DNA from: Candidatus Eiseniibacteriota bacterium
Lineage (GTDB): Bacteria > Eisenbacteria > RBG-16-71-46 > SZUA-252
Direction: 5' to 3'
DNA length: 64,000 nt
Assembly (NCBI GenBank): GCA_963703225.1
Contig: OY969801.1
Location: forward strand, 1,536,001 to 1,600,000
Shown here: piece after piece, positions 28,660 through 38,350 of the stretch
Layout of the letters: each line of letters opens with the position of its first letter
Numbering within the stretch: the first letter of the stretch is position 1
The notes under the pieces: model-generated
What the model was told of the DNA's origin: nothing
Database searches by the model: none
The model's input: only the letters and a program-made list of their open reading frames with translations
Position numbers and translations under genes: made by a program

Positions 28660-29670
28660 TTACTTCTTGTGCACGCCCGGCTGCGGCCGCCCGGGGGTTT
28701 TGATTCCGCGCGCCTCGTTGTACATGCGGCGCATGTTGGCGAAATGAACCTCGGAGTAGAACTCCGCGTCTTCGTAGGGACCGACATAGCCCCAGTCCCT
28801 CACCGCGGCGAGGCTCGTGCCGGCGGCGGCAACCTTCGCCGCCCGATCGAAGGAATTGATCAGGTAGCCCGAGATAAATCGGTATTCCTCGATGGGAGCG
28901 GCGAGCACCCCGTGCCCAGGGACGAGGCTGTCGAATAGGAACGCCTTCGAAAAGAGGGAGTCCACCGAAGCGATCCAACTCACGCGATCCATGTCGGGAT
29001 CCGTCATCCACGGGACCGACTTGTTGGTCACCAAATCCCCGGCGAAGAGCACCTTCTGCTTCGGAAGATAGACGATCATGTCCCCTGCGGAGTGCGCCGG
29101 CATCCCGAGCCAGAGAATCTCTACTCTCCGGTCGGCTGTCCCCATCACCTTCTTGCGGTCGACCCGTACCACCGGCTTGAACGCTTTCGTCCCCGCGCCG
29201 CCGGGAGCACTCGTGTTCATGATCGAGTCGATCCTCGCCGCGACCTTCGACTGGGCGATGATGGTCGCGCCGCGCTCGGCGAAGTAGCGATTTCCGCCGA
29301 TGTGGTCGGGGTGGGCGTGCGTGTTTACGACGTACTTGACCGGCTTCGGGCCAGAATAAGCACGAATCGTGTCCGCCAGAATCGCCGCCGTCGAGTCGCT
29401 GATCGAGCTGTCGATGAGGAGAAGCCCCTCAGGCAGCTCCACCCAGCCCGTCCAGACGTACTGGACTTTGGCCGCGTAGACCCCGGGCGCGAGGCGATGG
29501 ACCTGGACTCGGATCACAGAGTCGGCCGGCGTGGGGGTCGGAGGTCTCGCCCCCGGCATGTAGGACACCTGTCCGGGCGCCGACGAAGCCGCGAGGAGAC
29601 TCGACGAGAGACAGAGGGTGAGGGCCAACGTGGGGCTGATCGCAAAACGGCGAAGCTTGGTGCGGATCAT
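28660..29670 (-). CDS. Secreted MBL-fold metallo-hydrolase
   Basis: NTHAHPDHIGGN, AHSAGD, LFAGDL and VPGHG; signal peptide; GGAG before ATG 29670. Confidence 0.88.
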   Translation of the reverse strand: MIRTKLRRFAISPTLALTLCLSSSLLAASSAPGQVSYMPGARPPTPTPADSVIRVQVHRLAPGVYAAKVQYVWTGWVELPEGLLLIDSSISDSTAAILADTIRAYSGPKPVKYVVNTHAHPDHIGGNRYFAERGATIIAQSKVAARIDSIMNTSAPGGAGTKAFKPVVRVDRKKVMGTADRRVEILWLGMPAHSAGDMIVYLPKQKVLFAGDLVTNKSVPWMTDPDMDRVSWIASVDSLFSKAFLFDSLVPGHGVLAAPIEEYRFISGYLINSFDRAAKVAAAGTSLAAVRDWGYVGPYEDAEFYSEVHFANMRRMYNEARGIKTPGRPQPGVHKK

Positions 29671-29760
29671 GGATCTCCTCTGGTGAAAATCCTGGGCAAA
29701 GGGGCTCAACAGCTCTACCCCGCCCGCCGGTCTAAGGTCCGTGCCACGTCCTGTGCAATG

Positions 29761-29834
29761 TGCCCCCGGGGTGATTCGAACACCCGGCCAAAGGTTTAGG
29801 AAACCTCTGCTCTGTCCATCTGAGCTACGGGGGC
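29761..29834 (-). tRNA. tRNA-Arg(CCT), CCA not encoded
   Basis: GCCCCCGTAGCTCAG...GAGGT-TTCCTAA-ACCTT...GTTCGAATC...CGGGGGCA. Confidence 0.93.
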
Positions 29835-29921
29835 GGTGTGTCCCAGCGAGTCTAGCATTTCGCGACAGTGCGACACCGAGTGGCCGGCGGCCCGAGCCGA
29901 TGTTCCCCACGACCGGATCTT

Positions 29922-31253
29922 CTACAAGCCGATCCCGTCGTACCGGCTGAAGTCCTGCCGTGAGAGCATTCGCCGCCCGTCCACGAAGAGGGGTGGGGAT
30001 TTGAGCTTGCGGAGCAGCTGCGGCAGACCCCGGAACTCTTCCCACCGCGTCACCAGGACGACGGCCTCCGCGTCGCGGAGAGCGTCCTCGAGGCTATCGC
30101 ACAAGCGAACCTCGGCGGGCAGAAGCCGCCGGGCTTCCTCCTTCGCCGCCGGATCGTAGGCGGCGAGGCGAGCGCCCTCCGCCAGGAGCCCGCGCACGAT
30201 GGGAATGGCGGGCGATTCCCTCATGTCGTTGGTGTCGGGGCGAAACGCCAGGCCGAGCACCGTCACCCGCACTCCGGAGAGCGACGGGAAGTGCCGGTGC
30301 AGTCGCGCGAGCACCTCGCCGGGCTGGCGCTTATTGATGTCCAGGACAGCCTCGAGCAGGGGCAGAGGGCGGGACAATCCGGCCCCCTGGGCGATCAGCG
30401 CCTGGACATCTTTAGGAAGACAGCTGCCGCCGAACCCGCATCCCGGCCAAAGGAAGGCGGCAATGGGCGCTGTGTGGCGGGACCCGTCAGGGAGCTCGTG
30501 GCTCAGATATCGGCTGCTGTGGAGCGCCGCCATCACGTCGGCCGCATCGACTCCAACCGCCGCGGCAAAATTCCCGATCTCGTTGGAAAACGAGATCAGC
30601 GTCGCGAGCAGGGCGTTCGATGCATACTTGATCAGCTCGGCGGTGCGCGGCGTCGTCTTCACGCGCTCGACGCCGTCGAAGGCGGCGTAGAGCTCCTCCA
30701 TCGCGCCGAGCGTGCCGGCATCGATCCCGCCGAGCACGATCCGATCGGGCTCGAGGAAATCGTGCACCGCCTCGCCTTCCGTGAGGAACTCCGGGTTCAT
30801 GCCCACTCCAAAGTCCTTACCAGCGCGCTTCCCGGAGGCCTCCTCCAGCAGCGGAAGCACGACGTCCTCGGTCGTGCCCGGGATCACGGTGCTCTTGACG
30901 ACGACCGCGTGGTAGCCGGACTTCGCGGCGAGCGCGCGGCCAATCTGCCCCGCGACCATGCGGACGCTCGCGAGATCGATCTCCCCTCCGACGGAGGGCG
31001 TGCCCACCGCGATGATCGAGAGGTCGCTTTCGAGCACGGCACGACTCAGGTCGGTGGTCGCCGCCAGCCGACCCGGGACCTGCTGGCGCAACAACTCTCC
31101 CAGGCCCGGCTCGTGGATGGGCGATTCCCCCCGGGTGATCTGGGCGACCCTTTCCTCGTTGCTGTCGATGCATACCACCTGGTGACCCTTGGCCGCGAGC
31201 CCCGCGCCCGTCACCAGGCCCACGTAGCCCGCCCCCACGATCGAGACCCGCAT
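29922..31253 (-). CDS. ugd: UDP-glucose/GDP-mannose dehydrogenase family
   Basis: GAGYVG, VGTP, KSTV, NPEFL and GFGGSCLPKD. Confidence 0.9.
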   Translation of the reverse strand: MRVSIVGAGYVGLVTGAGLAAKGHQVVCIDSNEERVAQITRGESPIHEPGLGELLRQQVPGRLAATTDLSRAVLESDLSIIAVGTPSVGGEIDLASVRMVAGQIGRALAAKSGYHAVVVKSTVIPGTTEDVVLPLLEEASGKRAGKDFGVGMNPEFLTEGEAVHDFLEPDRIVLGGIDAGTLGAMEELYAAFDGVERVKTTPRTAELIKYASNALLATLISFSNEIGNFAAAVGVDAADVMAALHSSRYLSHELPDGSRHTAPIAAFLWPGCGFGGSCLPKDVQALIAQGAGLSRPLPLLEAVLDINKRQPGEVLARLHRHFPSLSGVRVTVLGLAFRPDTNDMRESPAIPIVRGLLAEGARLAAYDPAAKEEARRLLPAEVRLCDSLEDALRDAEAVVLVTRWEEFRGLPQLLRKLKSPPLFVDGRRMLSRQDFSRYDGIGL

Positions 31254-32398
31254 CAGGCCTCCTCCGCTTCCTTGTGATCGTGGTACCAGAGGAGCGACCG
31301 GCGCAGGCCATCCTCGAGCGTCACCGTCGGCTCATAGCCGAGGTCCGCCCGCGCCTTCGCGATCACCGGGCAGCGGCGACTGGGATTGTCGAGGAGGTAG
31401 TCGCCGTCCGAGCTGGCTTGATGGACCACCCGGCCCGCATAGCCAAACAGCTCACGCGCGTTCGACGCGACGAGATCGGCGAGCTGGCGGACGGAGATCT
31501 CCGGCACCTCGACGCCGATGTTGTACGCCTCGCCGCTGCCGCCTCTCACGAGGATCTTGTAGTAGCCGATGACCGCGTCCGCCACGTAGCAAAACGTGCG
31601 CTTGGGCGCGCCGTCCGACAGCAGCACGATGTCGCGTCCGGCAAATACGTCGCGCGCGAAGTCGGGCAGCACGCGCCGATCGGTGATCTTGAGCCCGGGT
31701 CCATAGTTGTTGAACGGGCGGGCGATCTTTGCCGGAATTCCGTACTGCCGCGCGAAGTTCACGCAAAGGGTCTCGCCGTACCGCTTGGCCTCGTCGTAGC
31801 AGGCCCGCGGCCCGGTACAGGAGACGTTGCCCCGGTAGGTTTCGGGGGTGGGGATATCCTGGGGCGTCGGATCGCCGTAGATCTCACTGCTCGAGAAGAA
31901 GAGGAACCCCGCCACCGGGCGTGGCCCGTTTTGCCGCTGCCGCGCATAGTCAAGCAGGGCGCGGAGCCCGCTCACGTTGGTGTCCATGGTTTCAATCGGG
32001 TACTTCCGGTAGTAAGTCGGCGACGCGATCCCTGCGGCATGGATGACGTACTGGAAGTCGCCCATGTCGGTGGGCAGCGCCGCCGTCATGTCGTGCTGGC
32101 GCAGCGTGAAGTGCGGCTCGCCCTTGAACTCCTGGAGCCAGTCTGGCGTGCCGCGCACGAAGCTGTCGTACACGGTGAGGTCGATGGGCGCGGGCTTGCC
32201 GTTGGTGCGGTTCCAATGCAGCACCGCTTGCACCAGATAGTGACCCAGGAAGCCCGCTCCGCCGGTGATCAGGAGGCGGTTACCCGCGAGGCGGGCAAAC
32301 TCCCCATCCAGACGGGCGCAGATGTACTTCAGGTCCTCCCGAACGACCTCCGCTCCGCTCGGTGGCGGAGTGGCGCCCGCACCGGTCCCGGTGGTCAC
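31253..32398 (-). CDS. UDP-glucuronate decarboxylase-like SDR
   Basis: TGGAGFLG, ASP, SSSEIYGDP, GPRACYDEAKR and RTFCYV. Confidence 0.85.
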   Translation of the reverse strand: MTTGTGAGATPPPSGAEVVREDLKYICARLDGEFARLAGNRLLITGGAGFLGHYLVQAVLHWNRTNGKPAPIDLTVYDSFVRGTPDWLQEFKGEPHFTLRQHDMTAALPTDMGDFQYVIHAAGIASPTYYRKYPIETMDTNVSGLRALLDYARQRQNGPRPVAGFLFFSSSEIYGDPTPQDIPTPETYRGNVSCTGPRACYDEAKRYGETLCVNFARQYGIPAKIARPFNNYGPGLKITDRRVLPDFARDVFAGRDIVLLSDGAPKRTFCYVADAVIGYYKILVRGGSGEAYNIGVEVPEISVRQLADLVASNARELFGYAGRVVHQASSDGDYLLDNPSRRCPVIAKARADLGYEPTVTLEDGLRRSLLWYHDHKEAEEA

Positions 32399-33711
32399 CG
32401 GGCCGTCGCCCCCGCGCGGTGCCCGGCGCCGCGGTGAGGACGCTCACCCGCGGATGCCGCCGGGTAAACGCGAGGCTCCGGAATGGGCACCACGAACTTG
32501 CCTCCCCATTCTCCGATGTAGGCCATCTGCTGCATGATCTCGTCCTTGAGGTTCCAGGGCAGAATGAACACGTAGTCCGGCCGGGTCGCCCGAATCTGCT
32601 CCGGCGGGTGGATCGGGATGTGGGTCCCGGGCGTGTACTTCCCCTGCTTGTAGGGGTTCCTATCCACGGTGTAATCGAGGAAGTCCGTCCCGATCCCGCA
32701 ATAATTGAGCAGCGTGTTTCCCTTTCCGGGGGCTCCGTAGCCGGCGATCGACTTCCCGGCCCGCTTGGCTTCGATCAGAAACTCTAGGAGTTTCCGCTTG
32801 GTCTCCTTCACTTGCTCCCCGAAGGACGCGTAGTGCTCGAGACGGGTGAACCCAGCCGCAACCTCCCGCTCCCGCAGCTCTGTGACGCGCGGGCCGACCG
32901 CCAGAGCGCTGTATTCCGCGTGCCTCGCGTAAATGCGGAGCGAGCCCCCGTGGGTTTGCAATTCCTCGACGTCGAACAGCGTCAGCCCGAATGCGGCAAA
33001 CACCTGCTCCACGGTCAGGAACGAAAAGTATGAGAAGTGCTCGTGATAGATCGTGTCGAATTGGTTCTCGGCCATCAGTCGCATGAGATGCGGGAATTCC
33101 ATCGTGATCACACCGTGCGGCTTGAGCAATGTCTTCATCCCACCGACGAATCCCCGGAGGTCGGGCACGTGCGCCAGCACGTTGTTCCCGAGCAAGAGGT
33201 CCGCGCGGGTGCCCTGGCTCGCCAGCTCGCGGGCGACTTCCTCGCCGAAAAACTTCACGGTCGTGGGAATGCCCCTGTCGATCGCCACCTGGGCCACGTT
33301 CGCCGCGGGTTCGATCCCCAGCACGGGAATGCCCCGCGCCGCGAAGTACTGCAGCAGATATCCGTCGTTGCTTGCGAGCTCTACCACATGGCTCTGGGTA
33401 CCGAGCCCGAAGCGTTCCACCATCAGGGCCGTATAAGCCTGCGCGTGCCGCAGCCACGTGTCCGCGTAGGAGGAAAAGTAGGCGTACTCGGTAAAAATCG
33501 CTTGGGGGCTGACGTACTCCTGCAGCTGTACGAGGAAGCACTGATCGCACACCCACACGTGCAGAGGGTAGAACGGCTCCATGTCGTTCAACTGGTGCGG
33601 CGCGATGTGCGTCTGGCAGAGCGGCGACATGCCGAGGTCGACGAAGGTGTGGACGAGCGGCGCCCGGCAGAACCGGCAGCCCCCCCGATGTCCCGAGGGT
33701 TCGAGCATCAT
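32395..33711 (-). CDS. NDP-sugar C-methyltransferase (NovU/TylCIII/TcaB9-like, Zn-binding)
   Basis: CRFC...CDQC zinc motif, ELASNDG, NNVLAH, DTIYHEH and YGAPGKGNT. Confidence 0.9.
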   Translation of the reverse strand: MMLEPSGHRGGCRFCRAPLVHTFVDLGMSPLCQTHIAPHQLNDMEPFYPLHVWVCDQCFLVQLQEYVSPQAIFTEYAYFSSYADTWLRHAQAYTALMVERFGLGTQSHVVELASNDGYLLQYFAARGIPVLGIEPAANVAQVAIDRGIPTTVKFFGEEVARELASQGTRADLLLGNNVLAHVPDLRGFVGGMKTLLKPHGVITMEFPHLMRLMAENQFDTIYHEHFSYFSFLTVEQVFAAFGLTLFDVEELQTHGGSLRIYARHAEYSALAVGPRVTELREREVAAGFTRLEHYASFGEQVKETKRKLLEFLIEAKRAGKSIAGYGAPGKGNTLLNYCGIGTDFLDYTVDRNPYKQGKYTPGTHIPIHPPEQIRATRPDYVFILPWNLKDEIMQQMAYIGEWGGKFVVPIPEPRVYPAASAGERPHRGAGHRAGATAR

Positions 33712-33910
33712 GTCGAACTCCTCAGCTCTCGGAAACGCGGGACCGACGACCGCGGAGTCGGACGGGTATGGATCAACTCAGCCACGAAGCGATAGATCTC
33801 CTCGCCGAGAATGGTGCGCCGACGGCGTCCCGCAGCACCGCCAGACGCTCTTCTAATGGTAAGCCAAGCCGAGGATTGAGTCTACGTCGGGTTTGGAGCG
33901 GTCCGGCACT

Positions 33911-34843
33911 TCAGAGAATCCAGAACTGGACTCGCTCGTGCTCCAGAAATTCGCGCGCGCCCGGGCCCTGTAGGTAGGCCAGCGTGGAGAGGGTTCCAGC
34001 CTCGAGGCAAGTGTCGGCCAGAACCGTGACCGACCCTGGCGCGTTTCGGATCGGCCAACCGGTCTTCGGGTTCAGGATATGGCCCAGCCGCTTCCCCCTC
34101 CAGAGTACGTAACGCCGGGCGTCTCCGCTGGTCGCGATCCCTCCGCGCGAGAATTCGAGCTTATAGAGCGCGGCGGCTCCGGATCGCCTGGGATCGTCGA
34201 CACCCACGCTCCACAGGCGTGTGCCCCTGCGGAATCCGCTGGCGTACAGATCCCCGCCGAAGTTCACCAGAAACGCGCTCGCGGTGAGACCTGCGATGAT
34301 GGCGGCGGCGCGGTCTACGGCATATTCCTTGCCGAAGCCACCCAAGTCGATCTCCATTCCGGCCGGCATCGAGATCGAGGGATTCCTCCACGACACCCTC
34401 TCCCACCCCACCTGCCGGAGCACTTCTCGGATCGAAGCCTTGGACGGGACCCGCGAACCCCCATCGAACCTCCAGACGCGACGAAGCACGCCGGATGAGA
34501 TGTCGAACATCCCGCCCGACATCTCGTAGCACGTCGCCGCGTAATCCAGGAGCAGCGCGGTCTCGCTGTCCACGCTGATCGCTTGACCTTGAGAGCGGTT
34601 AATCCGATCGATGATGTTGCCCGGCAGGTACCGGCTGAACTTTTGTTCGATTCGGCCCGCTTCGGCCTCCACGGCGCGCAGCGCCGCATCGGCCTCCGCC
34701 GGATCGTCGGTGTCGATCAAGACCTCGCAGGGACTGGCCATGGCCGTGAAGCGGCCCACAAAGTAGTCCTCGATGCGCGTGAGTGAGGACGTGGTTTCCG
34801 TAGAAGTCTTGGAGGGCTGGGTGGGCTGGGTGGACGGAGACAA
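33911..34843 (-). CDS. apbE: FAD:protein FMN transferase (ApbE family)
   Basis: FTAMASPCE, FDISSG, IDLGGFGKEYAVD, NFGGD, ATSGD and HILNPKTG. Confidence 0.9.
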   Translation of the reverse strand: MSPSTQPTQPSKTSTETTSSLTRIEDYFVGRFTAMASPCEVLIDTDDPAEADAALRAVEAEAGRIEQKFSRYLPGNIIDRINRSQGQAISVDSETALLLDYAATCYEMSGGMFDISSGVLRRVWRFDGGSRVPSKASIREVLRQVGWERVSWRNPSISMPAGMEIDLGGFGKEYAVDRAAAIIAGLTASAFLVNFGGDLYASGFRRGTRLWSVGVDDPRRSGAAALYKLEFSRGGIATSGDARRYVLWRGKRLGHILNPKTGWPIRNAPGSVTVLADTCLEAGTLSTLAYLQGPGAREFLEHERVQFWIL

Positions 34844-34851
34844 GCGGATAC

Positions 34852-36165
34852 CTAGAACGCGACGCTGTAGGCGGCGACCAGGGATCCGATGTTGAGCGGA
34901 GGCATCAAGTCGAAGCTCCGCTGGACGCCCACTGCATCACTGGGATGACCGTCGCCGAATTGGCGAATGTACTCGGCGCGAATGCTGAATTCGCCTGGGT
35001 AGTCTTGGACGTGGAAGCCGTACGTGACTCCGACAGTGGCTGTCTTGAGTGGGCCGAGCCGGTAATCACTCGTGACATAGGCGGGAATGGGCTGGCCGTT
35101 GACCAGGCCAAACGAGAAGAAGTCCGCTGGAGTCTGAGAGTAGTAGCGGAGGTGCGGCTCCAGAAACGATTCGTTTTGCTGTTCCCATCGATACTTCAAA
35201 TCGGCGGTGTTGGACCGCACGCCCCAGTCATCCCAGTAGTAGCGATGGGAAAGGTAGACGACATCGCGTGCGAGGTGGTAGACGGTGCTGGTCAGAACAT
35301 CCGAGCGGCGACGAGTGGAAGGACGGCTCTCGGTCAGCTGGCTTGCGGGCATCCCGGTCACCGAGTCGAGCAGACTGACCACCTTGTACGGATCGGTCAG
35401 GTACCCCCTCTCGACGGCATGGGATCCGGTGACGGCGATCATCCATCGGCGCGTCATGATCCGGGACAGACCGACCAGGCCGCTCCCAACATGCTTGGAG
35501 TTCGTGTCGGTCCCGAGGAAAACGGTCCCGTCCGTGAGTGGGGCCCTCGTCCCTCCCACAGGAAAGACCTGGTCTTGATTCGTTCCTCCCCCAAGCGTCA
35601 GGGTCGTCAGGCGGTGCATCATGTCCAGCGAGCACTTGGCGTTCACTCCGATGGACCGATAGTCCTTTTCTCGGGAAACGTGGACCCCGATCGTAGAACT
35701 GAGGAGACGGCCCAGCGGCTCGTGCCATTCACCGTCGAGCGCGTACCGGACGTCCTGGAACGTGGCCAGCGGGATGTCGCTCGGAGAACTCTCCTCCCCG
35801 GCGCCGCCTGAGGCGGCTGTTACCGTTTGCACGGCGCGGGCGTCATCGCCGGGGGTGTCGCCGCCCGGGGATGCGGCGACGCCCGAGGGCATGGCGCCGC
35901 TCGGCGAAGCTCCAGTGATCACGTCGAGCCCGAGCTGGGCGGAAAGTGACCGCCCGCTCCGGTAAAGCCGCGTGACGCGAACGGTGGGTTCTGCCACGTT
36001 CGCGCGACTCTCTTCACCGTAGAGCAGCATCGTGGCGTCTACCTGAGTGACCGCTCCGGCGTCCGCATGCGCGGCAGCGGGCGCGCCGGAGGCCAGGAGC
36101 ACGCACGCCGCCGTGCTCAACCGGCCACGAATCGAGGACGCTCGGCTGGGACACCCTAGTTGCAT
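34852..36165 (-). CDS. DUF3570 family probable outer-membrane beta-barrel
   Basis: Signal peptide, DVITGAS, GYLTDPY, RYYWDDWG and terminal Phe; cluster context. Confidence 0.8.
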   Translation of the reverse strand: MQLGCPSRASSIRGRLSTAACVLLASGAPAAAHADAGAVTQVDATMLLYGEESRANVAEPTVRVTRLYRSGRSLSAQLGLDVITGASPSGAMPSGVAASPGGDTPGDDARAVQTVTAASGGAGEESSPSDIPLATFQDVRYALDGEWHEPLGRLLSSTIGVHVSREKDYRSIGVNAKCSLDMMHRLTTLTLGGGTNQDQVFPVGGTRAPLTDGTVFLGTDTNSKHVGSGLVGLSRIMTRRWMIAVTGSHAVERGYLTDPYKVVSLLDSVTGMPASQLTESRPSTRRRSDVLTSTVYHLARDVVYLSHRYYWDDWGVRSNTADLKYRWEQQNESFLEPHLRYYSQTPADFFSFGLVNGQPIPAYVTSDYRLGPLKTATVGVTYGFHVQDYPGEFSIRAEYIRQFGDGHPSDAVGVQRSFDLMPPLNIGSLVAAYSVAF

Positions 36166-36392
36166 CCGCAGCCCCCTCCTCCGACGTCATCCCCGCCCAT
36201 CGAGCCTTCCTTGCTGAAGTAGATGTGTTCGTCGACGGCGTGCACCATGGGTCGAGGGTTGTACTGCATCTTCGTTTCGGAGAGGAGATCACGATCCCAC
36301 GGTTGCACCGCGGTCGCGGCGCAACCGCCGGCCATCGCCGAGAGCATGAGAACGATCGCAAAGCACGCGAGACGCCCGGCCGGGTGCCTCAT
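36156..36392 (-). CDS. DUF4266 family small lipoprotein
   Basis: Lipobox AGGC, VQPWDR, HIYFSKE and C-terminal GGGCGCN. Confidence 0.85.
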   Translation of the reverse strand: MRHPAGRLACFAIVLMLSAMAGGCAATAVQPWDRDLLSETKMQYNPRPMVHAVDEHIYFSKEGSMGGDDVGGGGCGCN

Positions 36393-36892
36393 TGTGGACA
36401 CTCCTTCTCGATCAGAGCTTCGAGGGTTCCGGTATGCTTCGGGTCGAATCCGGCGCGGGAGTACACGATCTCGCCGCCCCGGTTGATCAGGTAGCTCGTC
36501 GGCATGCCCCACACCCTGAAAGCCTTCGCGGTCTTGCCCGCGGGGTCGAACGCGACGGTGAATCGGGCCGGATATTTCCCGAGGAAGGCATCCGCCGCGC
36601 TTCGGTCCTTGTCGAGGTTGATCGCGACAATACTCAATCCCTTCGCCCCGTAGCGCTCATGGAGCGCGCTCAGCCAGGGGAAGGATTGCCGGCAGGGGCC
36701 GCACCAGGACGCCCAAAAATCCACCAGCACCATCTGTCCGCGGAGTGAATCCAGTGAGACGGTTCCGTCACGCGACGGAAGGTTGAAGCTAGGCGCTGGC
36801 GCGGGGCCAGCGGTGGAGGGCTCCTTTGCGTCCGCGATGAGGGGGAATGCGAGGAGAACGAAGAGCAGAGCGAAGAAACTTCGGGGTCTCAT
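36389..36892 (-). CDS. TlpA/ResA-like exported thioredoxin
   Basis: Signal peptide, DFWASWCGPC and GMPTS. Confidence 0.92.
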   Translation of the reverse strand: MRPRSFFALLFVLLAFPLIADAKEPSTAGPAPAPSFNLPSRDGTVSLDSLRGQMVLVDFWASWCGPCRQSFPWLSALHERYGAKGLSIVAINLDKDRSAADAFLGKYPARFTVAFDPAGKTAKAFRVWGMPTSYLINRGGEIVYSRAGFDPKHTGTLEALIEKECPQ

Positions 36893-37290
36893 TGGTTGCG
36901 GGTGGTCCTTTCGTTGATGAACCGGCCCCGTCTCGAGAAGAACCCGAACGCCGCTACTCGCGACGGCTCCACCAGGTAGTCATACACCCGACGTGCGGTG
37001 GCCAGTTCCACCCGACTTGGGACGCTGGCCTATATGCCTTCCACGTCTTGCGACCGTATTCGACGACGGCGAAATAACTTGAGGGATCGCGCTCCGCAGC
37101 GCCGGTCTCAGGCTGCCCGCTCGCCCGTGCTCCGATCGGGGAGCTCACGGACCTTCCACGGACGTCGTCGCGCTGACTCCATCTGGCCACAAATATCGAT
37201 CGATGAGGCATGGTGCCTAGGTAGCATTTCCACGTGGAACTCCCTGCCCTGTACCTCCTAAGCCTGAGGCCCGCGACCGAATCGAGGTCG

Positions 37291-38316
37291 TCAGAAGCTT
37301 GGTAGCTTGAGAAAGTCGTCCACGGTCTTCACAAATAGGGCCGGTTGATCGACGAAGGTCATGTGTCCGCTCTCCGGAAATATGACCAGCTTGGACCCCG
37401 GGATTTTCTCCTGCATCGCCCGCGAAAGCGAAGGGTCGCACTCATCGTGATCCCCCGCCGTGATCAGCGTCGGCACGGAGATCGTGCCGAGCCGATCGTC
37501 GTACTCCACGGATACGAGGTTCCCATCCACCACGAATTCTCCATGGGAGCCCCACATCGTGCGGTAGAGGTCCCACGACATCATTCCGGTCGCGACCGGA
37601 TCGAAATTGGCGTCAGGGCGGCGGACGTAGAGGTTGGGGAAATACCCCTCGCCCCATGCCGCGGCCATATAGTCGTCGGGATACCGGCCGTGCCGGTACA
37701 CCTTGCCCTGACCAAAGAGGCCGGTCTGTTCCATGCTATCGATCCGCGCCCGAAGCTCGGGGGTCATCCGCTCCTTCATCTTCACGAAGACCTGGTTGAT
37801 CGCCTTGGTGCTGGAGAACGTGCTGCAGAGAACCAAATGCCTGAGGTTCTTCTGGTACCGGAGTGCGTACGCCTGGGCGAGCACGCCGCCATAGGAGTGC
37901 CCGAGCAGGTCGATCTTCCCCAATCGGAGCGCGATCCGCACCGCCTCCACATCCTCCACCATGTTCTCGACGGTGTACTGGCTCGGATCTTCCAGCGCCG
38001 GCGAGCGGCCCGACCCGCGCTCGTCGATGAAGATGAGCCTGTGATTTCGGGCCAGGGGCACGAGGTGCGGCATGAGGTAGTCGTGCGACGCCCCGGGCCC
38101 TCCATGGACGATCAGAAGCGGAGCGCCGCGTCCGAACGCTTTGTAGTAGATCCAGACCCCTTTGGCGTCGACATACCCTTCCGAGATCGCGTACTCGACG
38201 ACCGTCGATGGGGCCGGCGCGGCGGCGCGGGGCGCGGCCGACGCCGGAAAACCCATGGAAAGGCAGGGCGCCGCAACCGACGCCGCGACCAGGACGCGAC
38301 GAATCAGTAATTTCAT
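37291..38316 (-). CDS. Exported proline iminopeptidase-family alpha/beta hydrolase
   Basis: HGGPG, GHSYGG nucleophile, GDHD and SGH; signal peptide. Confidence 0.88.
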   Translation of the reverse strand: MKLLIRRVLVAASVAAPCLSMGFPASAAPRAAAPAPSTVVEYAISEGYVDAKGVWIYYKAFGRGAPLLIVHGGPGASHDYLMPHLVPLARNHRLIFIDERGSGRSPALEDPSQYTVENMVEDVEAVRIALRLGKIDLLGHSYGGVLAQAYALRYQKNLRHLVLCSTFSSTKAINQVFVKMKERMTPELRARIDSMEQTGLFGQGKVYRHGRYPDDYMAAAWGEGYFPNLYVRRPDANFDPVATGMMSWDLYRTMWGSHGEFVVDGNLVSVEYDDRLGTISVPTLITAGDHDECDPSLSRAMQEKIPGSKLVIFPESGHMTFVDQPALFVKTVDDFLKLPSF

Positions 38317-38350
38317 GTCACCCCTCCCAAGGATTGGCCCGGAGTTTGGA

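Noticed and set aside
33825..33845. ops/JUMPstart-like GGCGGTGCTG upstream of the sugar cassette
   Set aside because: Does not match GGCGGTAG; likely chance at this GC content.
36954..37211. 85-aa ORF in the spacer
   Set aside because: No motif, weak RBS and atypical codon use.
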